Shown here: piece by piece, positions 1-8,019 of the stretch
Layout: each line of letters opens with the position of its first letter
How positions within the stretch are numbered: position 1 is the first letter of the stretch
IMG/VR virus record: IMGVR_UViG_3300038379_000623
Span: 1 to 26,961 of that record
Strand: one strand, 5' to 3'
DNA length: 26,961 bases
From: a virus
Lineage: Duplodnaviria; Caudoviricetes
Program-made: the position numbers and the translations under genes
Notes under the pieces: model-generated
What the model saw: the letters and a program-made list of their open reading frames with translations, nothing else
Database searches by the model: none
What the model was told of the DNA's origin: nothing

Positions 1-2
1 GG

Positions 3-524
3 AAGGGAAGGGCGTTTCTGCTCCATGAGGCGCCTGGCCTCGGCCAGGAGGGCAGGGTCGCTCATGGAGATGTTGATCTGGGTGGCAGTTGTGGGGGCTG
101 CGGCTGCTCCGGTGCGGGGTGCGTAGCCGAGGCGATGGAGGAGCATGTCGGCGGTTTCGCGGAGTTCACTGTGATCGTCTACGTGTTCGATGCTGTCGGC
201 CATGCGGTCGAGGGCGCGGTGGGCGAGGCCTTCGACGCGAGCGCGCAGGGGCACGGTGACGGAGCTGAAGATGGCGTCCTGGCGGGCGGCGAGGCGTTCC
301 CGGAAGGCGTCGCTGTTCATGATGATGGAGAGCCATGTGGGGGTGACGTTGAAGTAGCGGGCAACGTCGCCCATTTTCATCATGGGGTTGGCGATGAGGA
401 AGTTCAGGATGGCGTCGTGGCGGATGGAGAGGCGGGCAATGGTGGGGGAGGTAGTAGGCGTGGTCGTGAGGATTTCCTCGGGTGTGGGGTCGGGATGGGT
501 GGAGATGGGGGGTGTAGTTGGCAT
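3..524 (-). CDS. Partial (runs off left edge) HTH protein, probable terminase small subunit
   Basis: Not in the ORF track. Manual translation from ATG 524: MPTTPPISTHPDPTPEEIL...RLSIRHDAILNFLIANPMMKMGDVARYFNVTPTWLSIIMNSDAFRERLAARQ..., open to the edge. HTH-like segment followed by helices; same strand as the virion genes at the far end of the window. Confidence 0.6.
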   Translation of the reverse strand, partial: MPTTPPISTHPDPTPEEILTTTPTTSPTIARLSIRHDAILNFLIANPMMKMGDVARYFNVTPTWLSIIMNSDAFRERLAARQDAIFSSVTVPLRARVEGLAHRALDRMADSIEHVDDHSELRETADMLLHRLGYAPRTGAAAAPTTATQINISMSDPALLAEARRLMEQKRPSL

Positions 525-795
525 GGTAGGGTGGGAGATGGGTGGAGTTGCTTGGAGGATAGACGATGATCGAGGGGGTTTGCAAGGTTTGGGTGGTGAG
601 AGCGTGCACTGGTATGGGGGAGTGTTTGCGTGCTGCTTTCGGTGGCTTTCGCGGTATGGCAGGGGAGGGAGTTGGGAGTTTCGGGTGGCGGGGAGGGGGT
701 TTGAAAATTTTGAGCGGCGGAGAAAGGGGGTATGTGAGTAGGTCACCCCTCCCCCCTCCATGGGGTCGTGGCCACTCCCTGCGCGTTCACTGGGC

Positions 796-824
796 AAAAA
801 AAAGCCCGGCCATAGGGACCGGGC
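796..824 (-). terminator. Rho-independent terminator
   Basis: Minus strand GCCCGG-tccctatgg-CCGGGC followed by T8, 25 nt downstream of the stop at 849. Confidence 0.8.
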
Positions 825-848
825 AAAGGGGGGATACTGGCAGGGACT

Positions 849-1052
849 CTATCGAGCCAACAGGACGGCGGCAGGGACTAGGGGATCATGCCCTTGTGAG
901 GCCGCCTGAGCCGCCTCACGCGGCGTATAGTGAGCGAGGTAGGCCATATGCAGGGCGGCCTCCTCATCGCTCCCTGGAGGGCACTCCAGGGCCATTTCCT
1001 CCGCTGCGAGGAGTAGCAGGACCTCCAGTAGCCATCGCTGATATTCGCTCAT
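849..1052 (-). CDS. Hypothetical protein (67 aa)
   Basis: MSEYQRWLLEVLLLLAAEEM...; AAGGGGG precedes ATG 1052; lies directly downstream of 1063..1401 and upstream of the terminator. Confidence 0.6.
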   Translation of the reverse strand: MSEYQRWLLEVLLLLAAEEMALECPPGSDEEAALHMAYLAHYTPREAAQAASQGHDPLVPAAVLLAR

Positions 1053-1062
1053 GTCGGCCCCC

Positions 1063-1401
1063 TTACTCATCGTCGCCCAGATCTGCGAGATCCTCCCGCT
1101 GCGCAGCGAAGGAGTAACGTGAGGGGAGCGCCGCCTTCCCCCTCGCGCGCTGTGGAGCCTCATCACGGCGCTCGTCGCGGCGCTCGTACAGATTCAACCC
1201 CAGGTGCACGACGCGGCCATCGCTGAGGGAGATGCTGCGATTGCCGCGCGTGGTCGCGATGCCGAGGCTCTTGCCCGACGCCGAAGGCCCCACAGATGCA
1301 CTGGTATCGATAGTCAGGATCAGATGCGTCCCGTCGAGGCGGGCTACTACGTTGTCGCCGATACTGCGCGCCGCGGAGGTGGATTTCTGCTTGCTATTCA
1401 T
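1063..1401 (-). CDS. Small hypothetical protein (GPSASGK...TxGN...GLNLY type)
   Basis: Strong RBS AAGGAG. The pattern LTIDTSASVGPSASGKSLGIATTRGN...LGLNLY resembles a widespread small uncharacterised phage/bacterial protein type (recognised from memory). Confidence 0.75.
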   Translation of the reverse strand: MNSKQKSTSAARSIGDNVVARLDGTHLILTIDTSASVGPSASGKSLGIATTRGNRSISLSDGRVVHLGLNLYERRDERRDEAPQRARGKAALPSRYSFAAQREDLADLGDDE

Positions 1402-1619
1402 GGTCTTACTCCTTACAGGTTTCAGGTTTCAGGGCGCTGGCGCATTGCTGCCAGCGCCCGCAATCATACGCTGCCGGCGCCCGAGTGCATTACCGCTCGT
1501 CGGGTAGATTGCGCCGTTCGTCGGAAAGTTATTCGCAGGGGGTAGCCCTCTTGCGTGGAACCCTAGGCGCAACTTTTCACCTGCCGTAAATTGTCACATG
1601 AGCAAAATCAAGCACTTAC

Positions 1620-1815
1620 GCTAGGAGAGATCGAGACATCGAGACCAACGGACCAACGGACATCGACCCTGATCTTTCATCTCCAAATCGTCAGTATGTA
1701 GGGGTATAGTAGTCCGTTAGTATATTATTTTTTTCTAATACACAAATTACGCGCGCGCATAAGCATTTCCGACCCGCCACATCAAGGCCAATCTCCGGTG
1801 GTCCGGTGGTCTAAG
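1620..1815. other. Divergent intergenic region; candidate replication origin/control region
   Basis: AGACCAACGGACCAACGGA (1642-1660) and TCCGGTGGTCCGGTGGTCT (1794-1812) form an inverted pair (17/19), each with internal tandem periodicity. They flank the AT-rich tract TAGTATATTATTTTTTTCTAATACACAAATTA. Confidence 0.45.
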
Positions 1816-1850
1816 TTCTGCTACACTCCAGCACTCCAAGGAGGCATCTT

Positions 1851-2204
1851 ATGAAACACCGACCCACCAACTTCGCCGACCCCCTACTCCTCCACGCCCT
1901 CCACACCTGCTGCACCACCGGTCACCACACCATACCCATGCCATCGACACGCGAATCCACCTCTTACCGACTGCGCCTCATCAACGTCGCACGCACCCTA
2001 TCCACTGAACAACCCCCTCAACCCTGGGCCTACCTCCTCCCCTACATCCACTACCATACGCGCCCCACCCCACCGCACGCCCTCGACCTCCACGCCGCTA
2101 ACTACCCCTTCATGCTCACCCTCTCCCTCCCCGGCCACGACCCCGTAGAACACCCCCTCTACATCCTTCAAGGCCTCACCCCCATGCCACCCTACACCCC
2201 ATAA
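1851..2204 (+). CDS. Hypothetical protein
   Basis: RBS AAGGAGG before ATG; first gene of the rightward block; followed by a hairpin. Confidence 0.7.
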   Translation: MKHRPTNFADPLLLHALHTCCTTGHHTIPMPSTRESTSYRLRLINVARTLSTEQPPQPWAYLLPYIHYHTRPTPPHALDLHAANYPFMLTLSLPGHDPVEHPLYILQGLTPMPPYTP

Positions 2205-2211
2205 CCCTTAC

Positions 2212-2237
2212 GGGCTCCCCTCCCGGCAGGGGAGCCC
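2212..2237 (+). terminator. GC-rich hairpin, possible terminator or processing site
   Basis: GGGCTCCCCT-cccggc-AGGGGAGCCC, a perfect 10-bp stem just after the stop at 2204, with only a weak TCTCTC tail. Confidence 0.5.
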
Positions 2238-2254
2238 TCTCTCGTACCTGCAAT

Positions 2255-2400
2255 TCACGCGCCAACACGCGCACACGCAAAATTCGCGCCAAAATCCACC
2301 CGACGAACGGCGCAATCAACCCGCCAAACGGTACTTCCACGCACGCCCGCACGCGCGCAAAATGCCACCCGCACGCAAGAACACGCGCGCACATACGCAC
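2255..2400. repeat. Non-coding tract of degenerate CACGC/ACGCGCGCA repeats
   Basis: Multiple CACGCG/CACGCA/ACGCGCGCA units and CGC(C)AAAAT units lie between genes, followed by TTGACA at 2411. Confidence 0.5.
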
Positions 2401-2434
2401 CCCTAACCACTTGACACGAAAGGAGCCTCCCTCC

Positions 2435-2650
2435 ATGACCAAGAAAGATTACATTCTGATCGCCGCCGCCCTCCACCGCGGCAAACCGGCCACCCAGGAA
2501 GGTGTCCCCTGCAACACCTACACCAGCATCGCATGCAACACCTACACCAACATCGCAACCCACATCGCCACCGCCCTGGCCACCGACAACCCCCGCTTCA
2601 ATCGCTCCCGCTTCCTCGAAGCCTGCGGTCTGCAATCCACCACCCTGTAA
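2435..2650 (+). CDS. Small phage protein (MTxKDY...DNPRFxxxRFLxACG type)
   Basis: RBS AAAGGAG; recognisable N-terminal MTKKDYILIA and C-terminal DNPRFNRSRFLEACG motifs. Confidence 0.8.
   Translation: MTKKDYILIAAALHRGKPATQEGVPCNTYTSIACNTYTNIATHIATALATDNPRFNRSRFLEACGLQSTTL
2510..2557 (+). repeat. 24-bp in-frame tandem duplication
   Basis: TGCAACACCTACACCAGCATCGCA / TGCAACACCTACACCAACATCGCA (23/24), encoding CNTYTSIA / CNTYTNIA. Confidence 0.9.
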
Positions 2651-2693
2651 CCACCGAACAACCAACCCCAACACAGCCCCGAAGGAGGCTCCC

Positions 2694-3455
2694 ATGTCAA
2701 CGACACCCCTCACCCTGTCCGCCGCAGCCCTCACGCAGCCCTACAAGGGCTCCTGCTGGGATTTAGCTCTCGAAGTCTTGCCACACACCCAACGCACCCT
2801 CCTCTACGGCGCCCCCGGCACCGGCAAGACTTACGCCGCCCAACACATCCACCACGACGCCGCCACCCCCATCTACTCCGTCACCCTCGACGAAGACACC
2901 CCGGCCTCCGAACTACGCGGCCACTTCATCCCCGCCAAAGGCGGCTTCAAGTGGCACGACGGCCCCGCCATCCGCGCATGGCGTGAGGGCGCCCGCCTCA
3001 TCCTGAACGAGATCAACCGCGCCTCCGATTCCGTGCGCACCCTCCTTTACGCCATCCTCGACGACACCGAGAGCGCCCAATACACCTTACCTACGGGCGA
3101 GACCCTCCGTCCTGCCCCGGGCTTCGCTGTCGTCGCCACCATGAATGGCACCCCCGACGAACTCCCCAATGGCCTGCTCGACCGCTTCACCTTCTGCCAC
3201 GAAATCACCACAGTCCACCCGGACGCCCTGCTGCGCCTCCCCGTGGAATTCCGCGCCCTCGCGCAGGAAAGCACCTCCCCATCGAAAGGCTCCAAGCGCC
3301 TCAGCATCCGCGCTTGGCTGTACTTCTGCACCCTGTTGGCCTCCGGTCTGACCCCCGACAGCGCAGGCACGGCAGCCTTCGGCTCTAACTGGAAGGAACT
3401 CGCAGCAGCCCTCGCCATACAAATCGCCCCCCAGGTAAGCGAGCCAACAGCCTGA
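2694..3455 (+). CDS. MoxR/CbbQ/CobS-like AAA+ ATPase
   Basis: RBS AAGGAGG and ATG 2694; Walker A GAPGTGKT; WHDGPAIRAW; Walker B variant LILNEINRA; sensor ATMN; Arg finger LLDRF. Confidence 0.9.
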   Translation: MSTTPLTLSAAALTQPYKGSCWDLALEVLPHTQRTLLYGAPGTGKTYAAQHIHHDAATPIYSVTLDEDTPASELRGHFIPAKGGFKWHDGPAIRAWREGARLILNEINRASDSVRTLLYAILDDTESAQYTLPTGETLRPAPGFAVVATMNGTPDELPNGLLDRFTFCHEITTVHPDALLRLPVEFRALAQESTSPSKGSKRLSIRAWLYFCTLLASGLTPDSAGTAAFGSNWKELAAALAIQIAPQVSEPTA

Positions 3456-3490
3456 ATCGCCCAATCGGCCACCCACCAAGGAGCACTCCC

Positions 3491-4138
3491 ATGCCGAAGC
3501 ACTCTCCCATCCTGAAAACCCTGCGTGCCCGCTACAGCCTTCAGCTCGTGCGCTTCCTCTCTGTCGGCCTCCCCATACTCCTCCTTCTCGACTCGCCGAT
3601 GGGCGCCCTCGCCCTCTCCACCACCCTCATCCTTACCACCTACCTCATACCCGATCCCCGGGACTCCCACATCCCTCCCTTCACCACCATCCTCAGGGCC
3701 ATCTACGAGATCGCCTGGAGCTTCCATAACTCCACGTCCGCCTTCCACAAGGCTGCGCAGATCTCCAACGACAGTGAGCGCGCCAACGCCAGCCAAATCG
3801 CCACCTCGGCGTTCTCCGAGAGCACAGGAGCCCTCCTGCTCCTCTACCGCGAATTCGAGCGTACCCATCCCGAAGTCGCGGAAATCTCCCTGAAGCACGC
3901 CTCCGAGCGCGTCTCCAGAGAGAGCGGTACTACCGCCGAAGTCCTGCGACCCGGACTCCTCCTCCTGCAACCCATGCACGCCGCCCTGCGCGATGTACTC
4001 GCAGAAGCCCTCCTGGAGGACTCCTACAGCATCCGCAAGGCCCTGCGCGACAGCGCACTCCCCTCCTACACCTACCAAGGGGTACCGCTCGGGAAACTCC
4101 TGACAGAAACCCTCCCGGATCGCGGCCCCCTTCTATAA
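3491..4138 (+). CDS. Hypothetical protein with N-terminal hydrophobic segments
   Basis: RBS AAGGAG; fills the gap between the ATPase and vWA genes; hydrophobic stretches FLSVGLPILLLL and MGALALSTTLILTTYLI. Confidence 0.7.
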   Translation: MPKHSPILKTLRARYSLQLVRFLSVGLPILLLLDSPMGALALSTTLILTTYLIPDPRDSHIPPFTTILRAIYEIAWSFHNSTSAFHKAAQISNDSERANASQIATSAFSESTGALLLLYREFERTHPEVAEISLKHASERVSRESGTTAEVLRPGLLLLQPMHAALRDVLAEALLEDSYSIRKALRDSALPSYTYQGVPLGKLLTETLPDRGPLL

Positions 4139-4155
4139 GCAACGTGGAGACCCCC

Positions 4156-6021
4156 ATGACCACTATCTATCCAGCATCCGCCGAAACCGTCCGCAGCCAC
4201 CCCAGCAAGCTGCCAAAGAGCACCTCCAGTCGCCGTGCCCGTGCACACCTCCCCAAGCTCTCTCACTGGACGGTCCACCCCACGACTGCCCTGGCCAGCG
4301 CACACGTCGATCTGAATGCCCGCACTATCTACATCCCCATGCGAGGTGGGGCCTGCGCGCGTCACACCGCTTTCCATGAAATCGGCCACATCCTGTACTC
4401 CCCCATGAAACCCTGCCCCGATTTCCACACCCCCACGCAGCTCCGCCTCTACCGCTACATCGAAGACGTGCGCGTCAATACCCTGCTGACCCGCCACATC
4501 CACCTTCCCATCTCAACCTTCGACCCATCCTCCCCGGAAGACGCCCAGGAGCGGCTCCGCCTCAGCGCACGTGCTCCCACCTCCGGCGTCGCGCGCATCC
4601 TCATGGCCCTGCTCACCGTGGACACCCCCTACCACGGCACCGTTTCACTCCCTGCCCATGAGCAACAACTCGTCGACAACACCATCGCATCGCTGTGGCG
4701 CAACGGCCCTCCGTCGCACGCAGACGCCATCCGTGTCACCCACGAACTACTGGCATCTTCCCCCTCATGGCAGCCATCCCCCATTCCCCAGCAACCAGCC
4801 CCATCCGAAGGCCAGGGCCTGCCCATGTTCTCCGACATCGCCACTCCCTCGAAGGCACTGGCAAAGGAAGCGGGGGTACCGGCAATGGGAGAAGCCCCGG
4901 AAGCGTCTGCCACCGGAGGGCAATCCACGCCGCAGGAACTACAACAGCCTACGCCCGGCCCGGAACCCCTGCTGCAAGAAGCCCTCGACCGGGTGCTCGC
5001 CGCTGGAATCTCCACAGGCAGCGAGAACAGCCTTAATCAGTCCTTCTTCGGGAGCAAGGTCCGGTATGACCAGAAAAAAGCCATCTCCGCCGAGGAAGCA
5101 CGCTGGCTCCCCATGAACATCCTCCAGCCACGCCTGAGCCAACCGGCAAGCGGCTCCAGGAGACTACGATCCTCTCCCCGCTGGGTAGGAGGTTATGAAG
5201 AAGGCACCATCCTCCGCAGCCTGCATCGCTACGCCTCCGATGGCGCCATCTTCGCGCGCCGCCGCAAAAGCGCCCCTGCCCTGACCGTACTGGTGGACTG
5301 GAGCGGTTCAATGCACCTATCCCCTGGGAATATGGCCCGCCTCGCAGCCCTGACCAGATTCAGCCGCGTCACCCTCGCCTACTATTCATCAGGCCGCACC
5401 GTATATTCATCAGGCCACACCATATCGTCGGGATCTCAACAAGAGGGTGCCCTCGTCGTCGTCGCCGACCACGGCAGAATGCTCCCCACCGGACAATGGG
5501 CGATCTACAGAGCGGGAGGGAACAACGGCTGCGACGGCCCTGCCCTCCAATGGTTGAATCGGCACACCGGCCTCAAGGTATGGGTCAGCGACGGCGGCAT
5601 CACAGGACGTGCGGGTACCTCCCAGAGAGCTCTCCTGCGCGAGTGCTACAAGCACTGTCAGCAAGGACAGATCGTACAGGTCCCTACAGTAGAGTTACTC
5701 CTGCGCCTGCTGACCTCCGACGACGGTCCCGATCTGGTCGAAGCCCTGCTCACCCACCGCGCTTCCATCGCCGAACTCCACTGGGCAACCCCCGTCTACT
5801 ACAACGGCACCCCGCTCCTGCCACTGACCAGTCCCGCCACATGGCAGCCGGAAAGCAACGAGAGACTCAAGGCAATGCGAGAGGCCCGCATCGACTCCGA
5901 CGGCTGCATCGTGGTCTTCGCCGCAGGCTTCTACACTCTCCTCTCAGGTGCAGCAGCGGGAGTCGTCCTTCCCGCTCCCTGGGAACGGACTTTCCTGAAA
6001 GTCCTGTCGAGATGCTCATGA
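4156..6021 (+). CDS. HExxH metallopeptidase-like + vWA (MIDAS) protein, CobT-like partner of the AAA+ ATPase
   Basis: AFHEIGHILYS...YIEDVRVN; low-complexity P/Q/S linker; VLVDWSGSM (DxSxS); GGNNGCDGPAL; WVSDG. GGAG precedes ATG 4156. Confidence 0.85.
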   Translation: MTTIYPASAETVRSHPSKLPKSTSSRRARAHLPKLSHWTVHPTTALASAHVDLNARTIYIPMRGGACARHTAFHEIGHILYSPMKPCPDFHTPTQLRLYRYIEDVRVNTLLTRHIHLPISTFDPSSPEDAQERLRLSARAPTSGVARILMALLTVDTPYHGTVSLPAHEQQLVDNTIASLWRNGPPSHADAIRVTHELLASSPSWQPSPIPQQPAPSEGQGLPMFSDIATPSKALAKEAGVPAMGEAPEASATGGQSTPQELQQPTPGPEPLLQEALDRVLAAGISTGSENSLNQSFFGSKVRYDQKKAISAEEARWLPMNILQPRLSQPASGSRRLRSSPRWVGGYEEGTILRSLHRYASDGAIFARRRKSAPALTVLVDWSGSMHLSPGNMARLAALTRFSRVTLAYYSSGRTVYSSGHTISSGSQQEGALVVVADHGRMLPTGQWAIYRAGGNNGCDGPALQWLNRHTGLKVWVSDGGITGRAGTSQRALLRECYKHCQQGQIVQVPTVELLLRLLTSDDGPDLVEALLTHRASIAELHWATPVYYNGTPLLPLTSPATWQPESNERLKAMREARIDSDGCIVVFAAGFYTLLSGAAAGVVLPAPWERTFLKVLSRCS

Positions 6022-6323
6022 AGCCATTGCCCTTCAACCTGCACGGCCTCTTGGTCCTGCAAGCCGTCTCTCCGGAGTCGATCTTCTACAAGGATCGCCG
6101 TCTCCTGGAGTCGGAACTGTGCCGGATCGTCAGTCGGCGCTGCCTTGCCTGCCGGGGCGGTTATGCCGCCTCGCTTCAGATGCTCACCGGCCCATACGCA
6201 GGCAAGGTCCTCCACATGATCGGTGTCTCCCTCGCCGACTACGACCCTTCGACTCCGGCGCCACGGAAACCCCCAAACGCCGGCAAACCCGAAGCGCAAG
6301 GCACCGCGCAAACCAACCTGTAA
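6018..6323 (+). CDS. Hypothetical protein
   Basis: ATGA overlap with the vWA stop; MKPLPFNLHGLLVLQ... is the 3' part of track ORF 5496..6323. Confidence 0.6.
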   Translation: MKPLPFNLHGLLVLQAVSPESIFYKDRRLLESELCRIVSRRCLACRGGYAASLQMLTGPYAGKVLHMIGVSLADYDPSTPAPRKPPNAGKPEAQGTAQTNL

Positions 6324-6335
6324 AGGAGAAAAGCC

Positions 6336-6674
6336 ATGAACGACAGCACACAGCAATTGATCCGCGAACTGGCCGAAAAGCTCGGCACTACAGCAGAGCA
6401 CTTATGGGGCGTCCTGGTCAGGCAAGCACCGATAAGCGGAACCCTCGGACTGCTCGGTATCGCGGCACTCCTGGGGTTCGTATACATTGCCTGGAAACGA
6501 CTGACGAAAATCGACTTTACCAAATGGGACCACGATCTTGCCAAGGGTACAATGTATGGCGGGTTGTTAATCGCAACAGTAATTGCCCTTCTCAGTCTTC
6601 TTTTGTTAGCTCCCTTATACGTCGCCGGGATACTCAACCCGGAATACTGGGCACTCAGGCAAATCCTGAAATGA
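6336..6674 (+). CDS. Phage membrane protein (two TM segments)
   Basis: RBS AAAGGAG; LAEKLGTTAEHLWGVLVRQA, two hydrophobic helices, C-terminal LNPEYWAL. Confidence 0.8.
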   Translation: MNDSTQQLIRELAEKLGTTAEHLWGVLVRQAPISGTLGLLGIAALLGFVYIAWKRLTKIDFTKWDHDLAKGTMYGGLLIATVIALLSLLLLAPLYVAGILNPEYWALRQILK

Positions 6675-6682
6675 GGCGTGTT

Positions 6683-6705
6683 ACCGAACGAACGCCGTGT
6701 TATAC
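6683..6705 (-). repeat. Truncated attC-like site 1
   Basis: ACCGAAC-GAACGCCGT-GTTATAC. GTTATACGGCAC (6699-6710) is complementary to GTGACGTATAAC (6900-6911), 11/12. Confidence 0.55.
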
Positions 6706-6720
6706 GGCACTGGAGGCAAA

Positions 6721-6903
6721 ATGGTCATGAAGAAGATGTTTGTTGCAGCACCGAACTACCTAATTGCTTTTGCAATGTGCATGGCGCTGACGGTGATGGC
6801 GGCGCTGACCAAAAACCCGGAATGGTACTGGCTGTTGGTGAGCGACATGAACGTGGCGATATGGCTGTTGGTTGCATACTGGCTCGACCCGCTCAGGAAG
6901 TGA
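6721..6903 (+). CDS. Cassette ORF: small membrane protein
   Basis: RBS GGAGG; two hydrophobic segments; bounded by sites 1 and 2. Confidence 0.7.
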   Translation: MVMKKMFVAAPNYLIAFAMCMALTVMAALTKNPEWYWLLVSDMNVAIWLLVAYWLDPLRK

Positions 6904-6904
6904 C

Positions 6905-6951
6905 GTATAACGCTGCGGCGTAGCCGGTCGGCCTCGAACTGCTTGCTATGG
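6905..6951 (-). repeat. attC-like site 2 (internally deleted relative of site 9)
   Basis: GTATAAC GCTGCGGCGTAGCCGGTCGGCCTCGAACTGCTT GCTATGG; matches site 9 minus 12 nt. Confidence 0.75.
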
Positions 6952-6965
6952 CACAGGAGGAAAGA

Positions 6966-7199
6966 ATGAAGATTTTTCGGGTAGTGACAGAACGGGATGG
7001 AGCAACCACCAAAGTGCCGGGAGAGCATACGACTGAGATTGTGCGTGAAGAACTGCGCTATGCAGCCGATACCATGCAAGAAGTCTGGGACGAGATCGCA
7101 TGGATACGCAACGACCCGGAAAAGACTTTGCTGGCTGTGCATGAGGAGGCGCCGGCAGTTACGGTTCTGGGGCATAGCGCAAAGTCGGGCCAAGCATAA
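6966..7199 (+). CDS. Cassette ORF: hypothetical protein
   Basis: RBS AGGAGG; MKIFRVVTERDG...; the TAA stop lies in the GCATAAC core of site 3. Confidence 0.75.
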   Translation: MKIFRVVTERDGATTKVPGEHTTEIVREELRYAADTMQEVWDEIAWIRNDPEKTLLAVHEEAPAVTVLGHSAKSGQA

Positions 7200-7255
7200 C
7201 GCCGTGTCGAGCGGCGCGCCGAATAGGCGCATCCGGGTTGAAGCGGTTGTTAGAT
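7194..7255 (-). repeat. attC-like site 3 (62 bp)
   Basis: GCATAAC...GTTAGAT imperfect hairpin. GTTAGATTGC is complementary to GCAATCCAAC (7640-7649), 9/10. Confidence 0.8.
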
Positions 7256-7271
7256 TGCAATTGGAGGGACG

Positions 7272-7751
7272 ATGGTAAAGAGAACCGAAAGAGGGTGGCC
7301 CGGGCATTTTACTTGCGCCGACTGGTGCTTGTTCAGAAGGAACACGCTCCTGGACTTTGGCAGGAGGAAAATAATCGTGAGCACGGTTGGGAGGATGCGC
7401 GATGCCAGGAACGGAGGCGCTTACGCCCCCGTTTGCGCAAGCGGAAGGTACTACGAAACGATGGCATTTTATGCCAAGAGAAACGGACCGTATTGGGATG
7501 CCGATGTTACCAGGCAGATCGGCTTTGAAAGCGAATGGGAAATTTGCGCAGATTCGGTAAAAAAATTACCGAAGGATGCCGACAACAAAGCGAACGATAT
7601 GCACGAGGCGGTTGTGGCAGAGCTTATTGAACGATTCGGGCAATCCAACGCCGTGTTGAGCGGCGCGCCTGACGACAACAACGAGGTGCCGGGAAGCGGC
7701 ACACCGCCTCACCGCGTCCGGCCGAAAACAAAACAGAGGTACACGACATGA
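7272..7751 (+). CDS. Cassette ORF: phage hypothetical protein (RGWPGHF...CLFRRNTLL), C-terminus read through site 4
   Basis: RBS GGAGG; the tail SNAVLSGAP... is encoded by the attC-like sequence. Confidence 0.8.
   Translation: MVKRTERGWPGHFTCADWCLFRRNTLLDFGRRKIIVSTVGRMRDARNGGAYAPVCASGRYYETMAFYAKRNGPYWDADVTRQIGFESEWEICADSVKKLPKDADNKANDMHEAVVAELIERFGQSNAVLSGAPDDNNEVPGSGTPPHRVRPKTKQRYTT
7643..7744 (-). repeat. attC-like site 4 (long, degenerate)
   Basis: ATCCAAC GCCGTGTTGAGCGGCGCGCC is nearly identical to the left arm of site 3; the right end is CGCGTCCGGCCGAAAAC...GGTACAC. Confidence 0.65.
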
Positions 7752-7793
7752 CCCTGACATTCTATTCCGTGAGTCTCAGGGCATGGAGGAAAC

Positions 7794-7997
7794 ATGGCTC
7801 AATGTAAAACATGCAGATTTTTCGAATTTATCGATTCCAATCCGGAGTCGTACGGAATATGTAGATGGTTCGATCATCACACACTTCCAGGGCCAATATG
7901 GTTTCATCGGGAACTGCGGGATACGGTATCCATTGGCAGCGGTGCTCTACACCCGGAACAGGAGTTATGCCTCGCGCACCGGGACAAAGCCGTATAA
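7794..7997 (+). CDS. Cassette ORF: small Cys-containing protein (CxxC...C...C)
   Basis: RBS GGAGG; MAQCKTCRFF...GICRW...LC; the stop falls in the core-like GCCGTATAAT. Confidence 0.7.
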   Translation: MAQCKTCRFFEFIDSNPESYGICRWFDHHTLPGPIWFHRELRDTVSIGSGALHPEQELCLAHRDKAV

Positions 7998-8019
7998 TGC
8001 AAAGTCGGTAAGGTGGAAT

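Noticed and set aside
135-741. Track ORFs 135..569, 166..609 and 382..741
   Set aside because: Shadow frames of the skewed sequence; the credible gene is the minus-strand frame from 524 running off the edge.
1405-1434. AAACCTG repeats before RBS (similar at ~6310 and ~14378)
   Set aside because: Short A/C-rich pre-RBS sequence, plausibly just unstructured translation enhancers; too weak to call a motif.
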